This document shows positions 1 through 12,676 of a stretch of 61,751 bases of DNA, in pieces. The translations under genes and the position numbers were made by a program. This stretch comes from Octopus sinensis (Eukaryota): assembly GCF_006345805.1 (NCBI RefSeq), contig NW_021832239.1, positions 1 to 61,751 of the forward strand, read 5' to 3'. Numbering within the stretch: position 1 is the first letter of the stretch; the number at the start of each line of letters is the position of its first letter. A model generated the notes under the pieces. That model did no database searches. It was not told where the DNA came from and saw only the letters and a program-made list of their open reading frames with translations.

Positions 1-730
<730 letters not shown>

Positions 731-1184
731 TATGTGTAATTGTTTGTATACATGTATAGTATAGTGCGAGTATACCTACATTTATTTACTTAAAAGGGTA
801 TCTCTATGTGTGTGTATATACACACACACAACACACACATACACACACACACACACTTGCACACACATGCATGTGAGAGAGAGGGTGGTGGGGGGTGAAG
901 AGAAGTAGATTAATGAAACTCGTACAATTAAAGCTTCCCCCCAATGCCAGCATCTGTGATAGCAGGAAATGATGAGAGAGATGTATAATAATTAAATTAC
1001 TATATACACACACACAGAAATTAAGTATATATATATAATTTCTTTGCCACTCCCCCGCACCCCGGCCCCCCTACACACACACACTCACACCCAAAACCTT
1101 GGGAAATGAATATCAGTTTCTCTTACCTGTATGTGATAATTTTCACGTGGATGATCTGTAGCATGTTGCCTTCAAATACACATT

Positions 1185-1195
1185 ATATATACATA

Positions 1196-1240
<45 letters not shown>

Positions 1241-1422
1241 GATATATATATATATATTATATATATATATATCATTATACATATATATATATATTTACAT
1301 ATGTATATGTATATATGTGTGTGTATCTATATATATGGTGGTGTGTATATATAATTATAGATATGTATATATATGAGTGTGCATACATAATATATATATA
1401 TGTGTATCTGTATGTGTACCTT

Positions 1423-1464
<42 letters not shown>

Positions 1465-1561
1465 ATACACACACACACATATTATATATTATAATATATA
1501 TATATATTTACATATATGTGTGTACAATATATATGTTACATATATGAGTATGTGTGTGTAT

Positions 1562-1600
<39 letters not shown>

Positions 1601-1740
1601 TCTATGATATATATGTGTGTGTATGTATATAAATATATATATATATGTATATATATATATGTGTGTATACATAAACATAAATATATATATATGTATGTGT
1701 GTGTGTACATTTGCGTGTGTGTGTGTGTGTGTGCACATAT
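1185..1740. repeat. Compound (TA)n/(TG)n microsatellite
   Basis: Imperfect TA/TG runs. Confidence 0.95.
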
Positions 1741-2293
1741 GAAATGATATACAATACATCTAATAAATGTGTATATATTTACTCTTTGAAAACATACTGT
1801 GAGTAGGTCACAGAATTTGCGCTTCAGTAGCTAAAAATAAGGGATCAGCCAATGAGAGTTCCATCTGGGGCACCTACTTCGATTCTCACCAACCAAAGAT
1901 ACAAGGGAGAAAATTTTTATGTAAAAAAAAAAAAAAAAAACACTCCCTTACTGCATTTTCTGTATTTTCCAAAAATTTCAATTAATTGGTCTCAGTGGAT
2001 TTATCTCCCTTGCATGTCTTTTTTTTTTATCCCCTCTATAGGAAGTTTTTATCTACTAATTGCATGGATAATTTTAGTTAGTTAATGATTTTTTTTTTTA
2101 CTCACTATATTGCATATATGAGACTTTACTGTATGCAGAAGGTTCCCCTGAGATATATTCCTTCAGCCATATTGTTGATATTAATATAATATTATTTACT
2201 TAATGCAAGACTGTTTTGTGTGTGTGTGTGTGTGTGTGTGTTTACATATCATTGTTTATATTTATGCTTTAAAAGTACACTATGATATAAAAA

Positions 2294-2424
2294 TGCTAGC
2301 ATGGGTTAGAGGGTTCAACTGGGGTCTGGGAAGCCAGGAGGCTGACCCAGGCTCAAATCTTGATCTAGCAGTGTTTCTACAGCTGGATGCCCTTCCTAAT
2401 GCCAACCACTCCGAGAGTGTAGTG
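2294..2424 (-). mobile_element. 3' part of a dispersed retroposon (RTE-tail-like) adjoining the 62-bp array
   Basis: Minus strand reads GGTTGGCATTAGGAAGGGCATCCAGCTGTAGAAAC...AACCCATGCTAGCAT. A related segment lies on + at ~26478-26610 (GGTTGGTGTTAGGAAG...ACCCATGCCAGCATGGAAG..CGTTAAAC(GAT)n) and a tail at ~28785-28850. Confidence 0.6.
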
Positions 2425-5400
2425 GGTGCTTTTTACGTGCCACTGGCACAAGGGCCAGAGGCGGCTGGTTACGACCAAGATCGGTTGGTGCTTTTTACAT
2501 GCCAGTGGCACAGGGGCCAGAGGCGGCTGGTAAGGACCACGATCAGTTGGTGCTTTTTACATGCCAGTGGCACAGGGGCCAGAGGCGGCTGGTAAGGACC
2601 ACGATCGGTTGGTGCTTTTTACATGCCAGTGGCACAGGGGCCAGAGGCGGCTGGTAACGACCAAGATCGGTTGGTGCTTTTTACATGCCAGTGGCACAGG
2701 GGCCAGAGGCGGCTGGTAAGGACCACGATCAGTTGGTGCTTTTTACATGTCACTGACACAGGGGCCAGAGGCGGCTGGTAAGGACCACGATCGGTTGGTG
2801 CTTTTTACATGCCACTGGCACAGGGGCCAGAGGCGGCTGGTAACGACCAAGATCGGTTGGTGCTTTTTACATGCCACTGGCACAGGGGCCAGAGGCGGCT
2901 GGTAACGACCAAGATCGGTTGGTGCTTTTTACATGTCACTGACACAGGGGCCAGAGGCGGCTGGTAAGGACCAAGATCGGTTGGTGCTTTTTACATGCCA
3001 GTGGCACAGGGGCCAGAGGCGGCTGGTAAGGACCAAGATCGGTTGGTGCTTTTTACATGTCACTGACACAGGGGCCAGAGGCGGGTGGTAAGGACCAAGA
3101 TCGGTTGGTGCTTTTTACATGCCAGTGGCACAGGGGCCAGAGGCGGCTGGTAAGGACCAAGATCGGTTGGTGCTTTTTACATGTCACTGACACAGGGGCC
3201 AGAGGCGGCTGGTAAGGACCAAGATCGGTTGGTGCTTTTTACATGCCAGTGGCACAGGGGCCAGAGGCGGCTGGTAAGGACCAAGATCGGTTGGTGCTTT
3301 TTACATGTCACTGACACAGGGGCCAGAGGCGGCTGGTAAGGACCAAGATCGGTTGGTGCTTTTTACATGTCACTGACACAGGGGCCAGAGGCGGCTGGTA
3401 ACGACCAAGATCGGTTGGTGCTTTTTACATGTCACTGACACAGGGGCCAGAGGCGGCTGGTAAGGACCAAGATCGGTTGGTGCTTTTTACATGCCACTGG
3501 CACAGGGGCCAGAGGCGGCTGGTAACGACCAAGATCGGTTGGTGCTTTTTACATGTCACTGACACAGGGGCCAGAGGCGGCTGGTAAGGACCAAGATCGG
3601 TTGGTGCTTTTTACATGCCAGTGGCACAGGGGCCAGAGGCGGCTGGTAAGGACCACGATCGGTTGGTGCTGGTGCTTTTACATGCCACTGGCACAGGGGC
3701 CAGCGGCGGGGTAACGACCAAGATCGGTTGGTGCTTTTTACATGTCACTGACACAGGGGCCAGAGGCGGCTGGTAAGGACCACGATCGGTTGTGGCTTTT
3801 TACATGCCACTTGCACAGGGGCCAGAGGCGGCTGGTAACGACCAGATCGGTTGGTGCTTTTTACATGTCACTGACACAGGGGCCAGAGGCGGCTGGTAAG
3901 GACCACGATCGGTTGGGCTTTTACATGCCACTGGCACGGGCCAGAGGCGGCTGGTAACGACCAAGATCGGTTGGTGCTTTTTACATGTCACTGACACAGG
4001 GCCAGAGGCGGCTGGTAAGGACCAAGATCGGTTGGTGCTTTTTACATGCCAGTGGCACAGGGGCCAGAGGCGGCTGGTAAGGACCACGATCGGTTGGTGC
4101 TTTTACATGCCACTGGCACAGGGGCCAGAGGCGGCTGGTAACGACCAAGATCGGTTGGTGCTTTTTACATGTCACTGACAGGGGCCAGAGGCGGCTGGTA
4201 AGGACCACGATCGGTTGGTGCTTTTTACATGCCACTGGCACAGGGGCCAGAGGCGGCTGGTAACGACCAAGATCGGTTGGTGCTTTTTACATGTCACTGA
4301 CAGGGGCCAGAGGCGGCTGGTAAGGACCAAGATCGGTTGGTGCTTTTTACATGCCAGTGGCACAGGGGCCAGAGGGGCTGGTAAGGACCAAGATCGGTTG
4401 GTGCTTTTTACATGTCACTGACACAGGGGCCAGAGGCGGCTGGTAAGGACCAAGATCGGTTGGTGCTTTTTACATGCCAGTGGCACAGGGGCCAGAGGCG
4501 GCTGGTAACGACCAAGATCGGTTGGTGCTTTTTACATGTCACTGACACAGGGGCCAGAGGCGGCTGGTAAGGACCAAGATCGGTTGGTGCTTTTTACATG
4601 CCAGTGGCACAGGGGCCAGAGGCGGCTGGTAAGGACCACGATCGGTTGGTGCTTTTTACATGCCACTGGCACAGGGGCCAGAGGCGGCTGGTAACGACCA
4701 AGATCGGTTGGTGCTTTTTACATGTCACTGACACAGGGGCCAGAGGCGGCTGGTAAGGACCACGATCGGTTGGTGCTTTTTACATGCCACTGGCACAGGG
4801 GCCAGATGCGGCTGGTAAGGACCAAGATCGGTTGGTGCTTTTTACATGCCACTGGCACAGGGGCCAGAGGCGGCTGGTAAGGACCAAGATCGGTTGGTGC
4901 TTTTTACATGCCAGTGGCACAGGGGCCAGAGGCGGCTGGTAAGGACCACGATCGGTTGGTGCTTTTTACATGCCACTGGCACAGGGGCCAGAGGCGGCTG
5001 GTAACGACCAAGATCGGTTGGTGCTTTTTACATGTCACTGACACAGGGGCCAGAGGCGGCTGGTAAGGACCACGATCGGTTGGTGCTTTTTACAAGCCAG
5101 TGGCACAGGGGCCAGAGGCGGCTGGTAAGGACCACGATCGGTTGGTGCTTTTTACATGCCACTGGCACAGGGGCCAGAGGCGGCTGGTAACGACCAAGAT
5201 CGGTTGGTGCTTTTTACATGTCACTGACACAGGGGCCAGAGGCGGCTGGTAAGGACCACGATCGGTTGGTGCTTTTTACATGTCACTGACACAGGGGCCA
5301 GAGGCGGCTGGTAAGGACCAAGATCGGTTGGTGCTTTTTACATGCCACTGGCACAGGGGCCAGAGGCGGCTGGTAAGGACCAAGATCGGTTGGTGCTTTT

Positions 5401-8095
5401 TACATGCCAGTGGCACAGGGGCCAGAGGCGGCTGGTAAGGACACGATCGGTTGGCTTTTTACATGCCACTGGCACAGGGGCCAGAGGCGGCTGGTAACGA
5501 CAAGATCGGTTGGTGCTTTTTACATGTCACTGACACAGGGGCCAGAGGCGGCTGGTAAGGACCACGATCGGTTGGTGCTTTTTACAAGCCAGTGGCACAG
5601 GGGCCAGAGGCGGCTGGTAAGGACCACGATCGGTTGGTGCTTTTTACATGCCACTGGCACAGGGGCCAGAGGCGGCTGGTAACGACCAAGATCGGTTGGT
5701 GCTTTTTACATGTCACTGACACAGGGGCCAGAGGCGGCTGGTAAGGACCACGATCGGTTGGTGCTTTTTACATGCCAGTGGCACAGGGGCCAGAGGCGGC
5801 TGGTAACGACCAAGATCGGTTGGTGCTTTTTACATGTCACTGACACAGGGGCCAGAGGCGGCTGGTAAGGACCAAGATCGGTTGGTGCTTTTTACATGCC
5901 ACTGGCACAGGGGCCAGAGGCGGCTGGTAACGACCAAGATCGGTTGGTGCTTTTTACATGTCACTGACACAGGGGCCAGAGGCGGCTGGTAAGGACCACG
6001 ATCGGTTGGTGCTTTTTACATGTCACTGAACAGGGGCCAGAGGCGGCTGGTAAGGACCAAGATCGGTTGGTGCTTTTTACATGCCAGTGGCACAGGGGCC
6101 AGAGGCGGCTGGTAAGGACCACGATCGGTTGGTGCTTTTACATGCCACTGGCACAGGGGCAGAGGCAGAGGCGGCTGGTAACGACCAAGATCGGTTGGTG
6201 CTTTTTACATGTCACTGACACAGGGGCCAGAGGCGGCTGGTGGTAAGGACCACGATCAGTTGGTGCTTTTTACATGCCAGTGGCACAGGGGCCAGAGGCG
6301 GCTGGTAACGACCAAGATCGGTTGGTGCTTTTTACATGTCACTGACACAGGGGCCAGAGGCGGCTGGTAAGGACCAAGATCGGTTGGTGGCTTTTTACAT
6401 GCCACTGGCACAGGGGTCAGAGGCGGCTGGTAACGACCAAGATCGGTTGGTGCTTTTAACATGTCACTGACACAGGGGCCAGAGGCGGCTGGTAAGGACC
6501 AAGATCGGTTGGTGCTTTTTACATGCCAGTGGCACAGGGGCCAGAGGCGGCTGGTAAGGACCAAGATCGGTTGGTGCTTTTTACATGCCACTGGCACAGG
6601 GGCCAGAGGCGGCTGGTAACGACCAAGATCGGTTGGTGCTTTTTACATGTCACTGACACAGGGGCCAGAGGCGGCTGGTAAGGACCAAGATCGGTTGGTG
6701 CTTTTTACATGCCAGTGGCACAGGGGCCAGAGGCGGCTGGTAAGGACCAAGATCGGTTGGTGCTTTTTACATGCCACTGGCACAGGGGCCAGAGGCGGCT
6801 GGTAACGACCAAGATCGGTTGGTGCTTTTTACATGTCACTGACACAGGGGCCAGAGGCGGCTGGTAAGGACCACGATCGGTTGGTGCTTTTTACATGTCA
6901 CTGACACAGGGGCCAGAGGCGGCTGGTAAGGACCAAGATCGTTGGTGCTTTTTACATGCCAGTGGCACAGGGGCCAGAGGCGGCTGGTAAGGACCACGAT
7001 CGGTTGGTGCTTTTTACATGCCACTGGCACAGGGGCCAGAGGCGGCTGGTAACGACCAAGATCGGTTGGTTGGTGCTTTTTACATGTCACTGACACAGGG
7101 GCCAGAGGCGGCTGGTAAGGACCACGATCGGCGGGGTGCTTTTTACATGCCAGTGGCACAGGGGCCAGAGGCGGCTGGTAACGACCAAGATCGGTTGGTG
7201 CTTTTTACATGTCACGAACAGGGGCCAGAGGCGGCTGGTAAGGACCAAGATCGGTTGGTGCTTTTACATGCCACTTGCACAGGGGCCAGAGGCGGCTGGT
7301 AAGGACCAAGATCGGTGGTGCTTTTTACATGCCACTGGCACAGGGGCCAGAGGCGGCTGGTAAGGACCACGATCGGTTGGTGCTTTTTACATGCCAGTGG
7401 CACAGGGGCCAGAGGCGGCTGGTAAGGACCACGATCGGTTGGTGCTTTTTACATGCCACTGGCACAGGGGCCAGAGGCGGCGGTAACGACAAGATCGGTT
7501 GTTGGTGCTTTTTACATGTCACTGACACAGGGGCCAGAGGCGGCTGGTAAGGACCAAGATCGGTTGGTGCTTTTTACATGCCAGTGGCACAGGGGCCAGA
7601 GGCGGCTGGTAAGGACCAAGATCGGTTGGTGCTTTTTACATGTCACTGACACAGGGGCCAGAGGCGGCTGGTAAGGACCACGATCGGTTGGTGCTTTTTA
7701 CATGCCAGTGGCACAGGGGCCAGAGGCGGCTGGTAACGACCAAGATCGGTTGGTGCTTTTTACATGCCACTGGCACAGGGGCCAGAGGCGGCTGGTAACG
7801 ACCAAGATCGGTTGGTGCTTTTTACATGTCACTGACACAGGGGCCAGAGGCGGCTGGTAAGGACCACGATCGGTTGGTGCTTTTTACATGCCAGTGGCAC
7901 AGGGGCCAGAGGCGGCTGGTAAGGACCACGATCGGTTGGTGCTTTTTACATGCCAGTGGCACAGGGGCCAGAGGCGGCTGGTAAGGACCACGATCAGTTG
8001 GTGCTTTTACATGCCACTGGCATAGAAGCCAGTCAAGGTGGTGCTGGCATCGGCCACATTCAGATGGTGCTTTTTATGTGCCACTGGCACAGGGA
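2425..8095. repeat. 62-bp tandem repeat array (~91 units)
   Basis: Unit GGTGCTTTTTACATG(C/T)CA(G/C)TG(G/A)CACAGGGGCCAGAGGCGGCTGGTAA(G/C)GACCA(C/A)GATCGGTT. CTTTTTAC recurs at 2491, 2553, 2615 (period 62). Terminal units are diverged. Confidence 0.98.
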
Positions 8096-8285
8096 TCACA
8101 ACTACAATTTCCATTTGATTGCCATTGTAGGTCCTTCTAGATTAGAACAGCTTCTCTGTACTATTGAAAACCTTCCAAATTGATTCCCATGTTTTCACAT
8201 GCAAACTTTGCCATTTATGTACCCGATGTATATAAATATAGTAGGTCAAAATATCCTATAATTATGTTTATAATTATGGAATATT

Positions 8286-8337
<52 letters not shown>

Positions 8338-8340
<3 letters not shown>

Positions 8341-8611
8341 AAAACAGAACACAAAGGATGTCGCAGTATACGTGTTTCAAGCTTTATAAACAACTTATTC
8401 TTACCTCAGTGTATAATAGATATAAAAGATGGTTTAAAGCTCTCTTCAGCCGATGTAAGAACAGGTCGTTTATAAAGCTTGAAACACGTGTACTGCGACA
8501 TCCTTTGTGTTCAGTTTTTGATTTTATTTGATATATACCCTCACCTCTACCACTAGCTGGCATATACAGGTGCTTACACTTATCAAGTATTCACCCTAAA
8601 TTTGCAGTACC

Positions 8612-8615
<4 letters not shown>
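8338..8615. mobile_element. Penelope-like (pLTR-type) remnant with long inverted repeat, inserted in (TA)n
   Basis: ~58-bp inverted repeat 8338-8396 / 8465-8522, hammerhead-like motif inside, (TA)n on both flanks. Confidence 0.6.
8364..8452 (-). ncRNA. Type I hammerhead-ribozyme-like motif
   Basis: Minus strand: cgg-CTGAAGA-GAGCTTTA...TAAAGCTT-GAAAC-ACGT-ATA-ctg. Core boxes and an 8-bp stem II are present. The inverted partial copy on + has GAAAC-ACGT-GTA. Confidence 0.55.
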
Positions 8616-8647
<32 letters not shown>

Positions 8648-8830
8648 GGGTACACGAGGTACTAGCTTGCTAGAAAGTGGAAGACACCCCCTCCCCCAAC
8701 TTAACCACCAATCTCACAGAAAATATGCAACGGACCAACAGAAATCAGGCAAACAAGCGCAATTTAAATATCAATACGAGTATTCATTTGAATATTTACA
8801 CACACACACATATGTATGTACACAAACGAA

Positions 8831-9225
8831 GGATCTTTTCCTTTTGAACGGCACTTTTCAACACAATTTCTAGGTAACTAAACACTTTTAAACATCGAAT
8901 ACTGGTATAATGTGTTTATAAAACATCTTTTTCTCTTGGCTTTATTGAGAACATTCTATAGTTTGTAAGATATTTGTTGTTTTTTCTTCAATTTCAACCA
9001 ATCAATGACGCCTATTCTGTGCTGTATGAATATGTCCCTCGTTTAAGAAACAGATTGGGTTTATTTACATTTCTGAAGAAAAAAGGATACCCTCCCCCCA
9101 CCCCAACCCTAACCCTAACCCTAAAACAGATTGAAATGCAATAGATCGATTCTAGGGTCATAATTATGGGTGACAATTTCATATGACACCGCTAGAAAAA
9201 ACTGCCGTTCAAACCGAAAAGATCC
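8831..9225 (+). mobile_element. Non-autonomous TIR element (GGATC-ended MITE family) with internal (CCCTAA)n
   Basis: Termini GGATCTTTTC..TTTGAACGGCA / TGCCGTTCAAACCGAAAAGATCC; CCCTAA x3 at ~9107-9124. Confidence 0.85.
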
Positions 9226-9475
9226 GGGACTTTTAAAATCAAAACTACTATAAGCAGTTTTGACTTTAAGAGTCCCTCCTAGAGTGAGATATTTATGTAA
9301 TAATAATATAATAATAATGAAATTATTGTATACGGTGCTCAGGTGCACCACAACTTGTCAAAAGTGCATATAAAGCATATGCAGAATGCCCTGAACATAA
9401 ATAAATATATTTATAGGGAATAATTAATAAAAATTTTTTTTATGAGGTTTTTCACGCTAACTACTGGATAAATTC

Positions 9476-9637
9476 GGATCCTTTCGGTTTGAACGGCAGT
9501 TTTTAACTATAGAATTTTCTCAAGAAAGCCAAGAGAAAAAGATGTTTTATAAACACATTCTACCAGTATACGAAGTTTGAAATTTTTTAGTTACCTAGAA
9601 ATTATGTTAAAAACTACCGTTCAAACCGAAACGATCC
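9476..9637 (-). mobile_element. Internally deleted GGATC-ended MITE
   Basis: Both TIRs present, ~160 bp long. Confidence 0.8.
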
Positions 9638-9672
9638 ATAAATTCTTATAAAGATTTTATCTTATATATAAA

Positions 9673-10071
9673 CTAGCAGTATCGCCCGGCGTTGCTCGGG
9701 TTTGTAAGGGAAATAACTATATAAGCATTTTTAGAGAGTTGTAGCCAAAAAAATAGCAAAAAAATGCATTAAAAATGGAAAAAAAATTATGGCAAATTTT
9801 TTTTTTAATCGTTGACTCATCATAGACATTTTTAGAGAGTTACTTCCCTTATATAATAGCGAAAAAATGCATTAAAATGGAAAAAAATAATGTTAAATTT
9901 TTTTTTAAATCGTAGACTCATCGTAGACGCGCGCTAATACCCAGAAGGGCTCGATATGAATCACGACTATAAGATAACCGGTTTTGGTGAAACTGCACCG
10001 CAAAATGTGGGAGTAGTTAGGAATCTAAATCGTAGGAGACAGACACACAACTTCACTTTTATATATAAAGA
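9673..10071 (-). mobile_element. Non-autonomous Helitron (subfamily 2)
   Basis: Minus strand starts TCTTTATATATAAAAGTGAAGTTG and ends CCCGAGCAACGCCGGG (hairpin)..CTAG; inserted between A and T. Confidence 0.8.
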
Positions 10072-10559
10072 TTGTAAGTGTATATATATATATAACAAGT
10101 TTCTGGCTTCGGTTAAAAGAATATACAGAAGGATCAGTTAATTATGATTTTCTTCAACATATTCCCCTCTCAGATTCACAGACTTATTGTAGAACTTTTC
10201 AGTACCCCACATACATCGATATTTCTATATATATTAAATATATGCACACACACACACACATATGGAAACTTACATAAGACATGAAGGGCTGAGATTAAGA
10301 AGGGTTGCCGAAGCAGACAAGAGAGTTTGGTGCAGCCCTCTGGGTTCGTCTGTTCGTCACGAACCGTCGGAAAAGGACATTAAATGATGATCACACAGAG
10401 ACAAACACGAAGCTTTTTAAAAACCGGATCCGTGATAAAAGTTAAACACACTCGGGTTAAAGGGCCGAGCAGTGATAAGAGTTCGGGGGGAACTGGCGAA
10501 ACGGGAAGAACGTGGTTACGAAGCGGGCTTCTTTAAGCAAACCGCCATATCAGATCCTT

Positions 10560-10866
10560 TGAAGAAAAAGGAAAGATAGAGAGAGAGTGGGGGAGGGAGG
10601 AGAGGAAGAGTTGGAGAAGAAGAAGAAGGAGGAGGCGGAGAAGAAGGAAGAAGAAGAAGAAGAAGAAGAAGGAGGAGGAGGCGGAGAAGGAGAAGAAAAG
10701 AAAGAAGAAGAAGCAGACGGAAAAGGAAAAGGAGGAAGAGGAGAAGCAGACGGAGAAGGAAAAGGGGGAAGTGGAGGAGAAGAAGAAGGAGACGGAGAAG
10801 GAGGAGGAGAAGAAGAAGAAGAAGAAGAAGAGGGAAAAGGAGAAGAAGAAGAACAACAACAACAAC
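10560..10866. repeat. (GAA/GGA)n purine tract
   Basis: Almost purely purine trinucleotide repeat on +. Confidence 0.9.
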
Positions 10867-11159
10867 GACGACGCCGAAACGAGACGAACGCCAAAAGGAT
10901 TAATCTTCATTTCTAAGCATTTCCTGTTGTAAAAGTAATAAAGTTTGGTAAATTAAATTTAGATTCAGAGTTGGGAAAAACGTTAGCGAATCGTCTTTGA
11001 CGCGTGCAGGAATTTTATTTAATTCATTAACGTTTCTCTCTCATCCTCCTCCCCCGTCTGCAGTTCTGGAAAAAGGCCGAGGAGGAATTTTGGTAAATGC
11101 ATCATTTTATCGACTGCAAGAACAAAGAAGAAAAGATTTCCACGAAGAAACCTTTTTTC

Positions 11160-11587
11160 GGCAATCTTTCGTCTCTAGTAGACCTTTCCGTCGATTTCCG
11201 TAAAAAATTTTTTTTTTTTTACATATGGGCTTGCGGGAACTTTTGAAGTAATATACATACATATACACACACATACATATACACATACACCGAGTAAAAA
11301 ATTTCAGTTATCTCTCTCTTTCACACATTACTCTCTCTGTCTCTTCACACACACTAACAGAAGCACTTCACTTACACAACATACTGTCTGTCTCCCATCA
11401 AACACACACACATGTACATCAATGCTTCCCATGCACGGTAACTTCAAAAGAACTTCCCTCGTCATACAATCGCTTTCTCTTAGTCTCTTTCACTCTCATT
11501 ACTTCAAAAGTTCCCGCAAGCCCATATGTAAAAAAAAAATTTTTTACGGAAATCGACGGAAAGGTCTACTAGAGACGAAAGATCGCC
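11160..11587. mobile_element. MITE with ~90-bp TIRs and 8-bp TSD (Merlin- or hAT-like)
   Basis: TIRs 11160-11251 / 11498-11587 (GGCAATCTTTCGTCTCTAGTAGACC...); TSD CTTTTTTC at 11152-11159 and 11588-11595; GGNRM terminus fits Merlin. Confidence 0.8.
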
Positions 11588-11817
11588 CTTTTTTCTTTCA
11601 TTTTAAACGGAACCTGTACAAAGCGGTTATAACTTTTTCTTTTCTTTTTCACGTAAATAATACTAGGTTTAGGTATGGCTGTGTGGTCAAGCAGTTGGCT
11701 TTGTTTTTTTTAAATGATGTGCTTTTGTGTTCGATCTCACTACGTGGCACCTTGGTCACGTTGTTAATTTTTTTTTTTTTTTTTTTACTATAGCCCTTAG
11801 CCGACTTATTAAATGGA

Positions 11818-12180
11818 GTGGTGGCGCAATGGCCCAGTGGTTAGGGCAGCGGACTCACGGTCGTAGGATCGCGGTTTCGATTGTGAGTGTTTATTGAGCG
11901 AAAACACCTAAAGCTCGGCAGGGGATGGTGGTGATCCCTGCTGTACTCTTTCACCACAACTTTCTCTCACTCTTACTTCCTGTTTCTGTTGTACCTGTAT
12001 TTCAAAGGGCCGGCCTTGTCACTCTCTGTGTCACGCTGAATATCCCCGAGAACTACGTTAAGGGTACACGTGTCTGTGGAGTGCTCAGCCACTTACACGT
12101 TAATTTCACGAGCAGGCTGTTCCGTTGATTCGGATCAACTGGAACCCTCATCGTCGTAACCGACGGAGTGCTTCCATCCA
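11818..12180 (+). mobile_element. tRNA-derived SINE (family C)
   Basis: Head TGGCCCAGTGGTTAGGGCAGCGGACT..GGTTTCGATT (A/B boxes); TSD TATTAAATGGA at 11807-11817 and 12183-12193; copies at 20325-20937 and 57706-58079. Confidence 0.9.
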
Positions 12181-12224
12181 TCTATTAAATGGAAACTGCG
12201 AGGAAGTTCACCGTATTTATATCT

Positions 12225-12582
12225 TCTATCTTTTACTTTTTTCAGTCATTAGACTACAGCCATGCTCTGGCACTGCCTTGAAGAATTTTTAGTCGGAAGA
12301 ATCGATCCCAGTACTTTTTTTAAAAGCCTGGTACTTATTCTATCGGTCACTTTTCCCGAACTACTAAGTTACGGGAACGTGAATACAACAACACCGGCTG
12401 TCAAGTGAGAGGACATGCGCACACACGCATGCACGCCTCCACACACATACACGATGGGCTTCTTTCAGTTTCTGTCTACCAAATCTACTCAGAAGGCTTT
12501 TGTGACCCCGGGGCTAATGTTGATACACTTGCCCAAGGTGCCATGCAGTGAGATTGAAACCAGAACCATATGGTTGGGAAGT
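12225..12582 (-). mobile_element. tRNA-derived CORE-like SINE (family A), diverged
   Basis: Reverse complement matches the full copies at 20958-21380 and 31466-31868. Confidence 0.8.
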
Positions 12583-12676
12583 CTGCGTCTATGCGAGTAT
12601 ATATTAATTAGCACATCCAACTTAACTTAGATATATAGGCGCAGACGTAGTTGTGTGGTAAGAAACTAACTACCCA

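Noticed and set aside
3660-4400. Clustered 1-3-bp indels in the array as biological variants (also 6100-7500)
   Set aside because: They are patchy and homopolymer-associated, which is more consistent with long-read consensus error; raw reads are needed.
2425-8095. CRISPR-like array or coding repeat
   Set aside because: There are no unique spacers and no cas genes. The 62-bp period is not a multiple of 3 and has recurring stops, so the ORFs arise from indels.
10533-10916. Acidic E/G-rich 109-aa ORF
   Set aside because: It lies almost wholly in a (GAA/GGA)n tract, starts at GTG and shows no domain or splice support.
11818-11885. tRNA gene (also 34621, 34955, 35657, 20870-20935)
   Set aside because: These are SINE heads continuing into a shared body with TSDs; the cloverleaf is incomplete.
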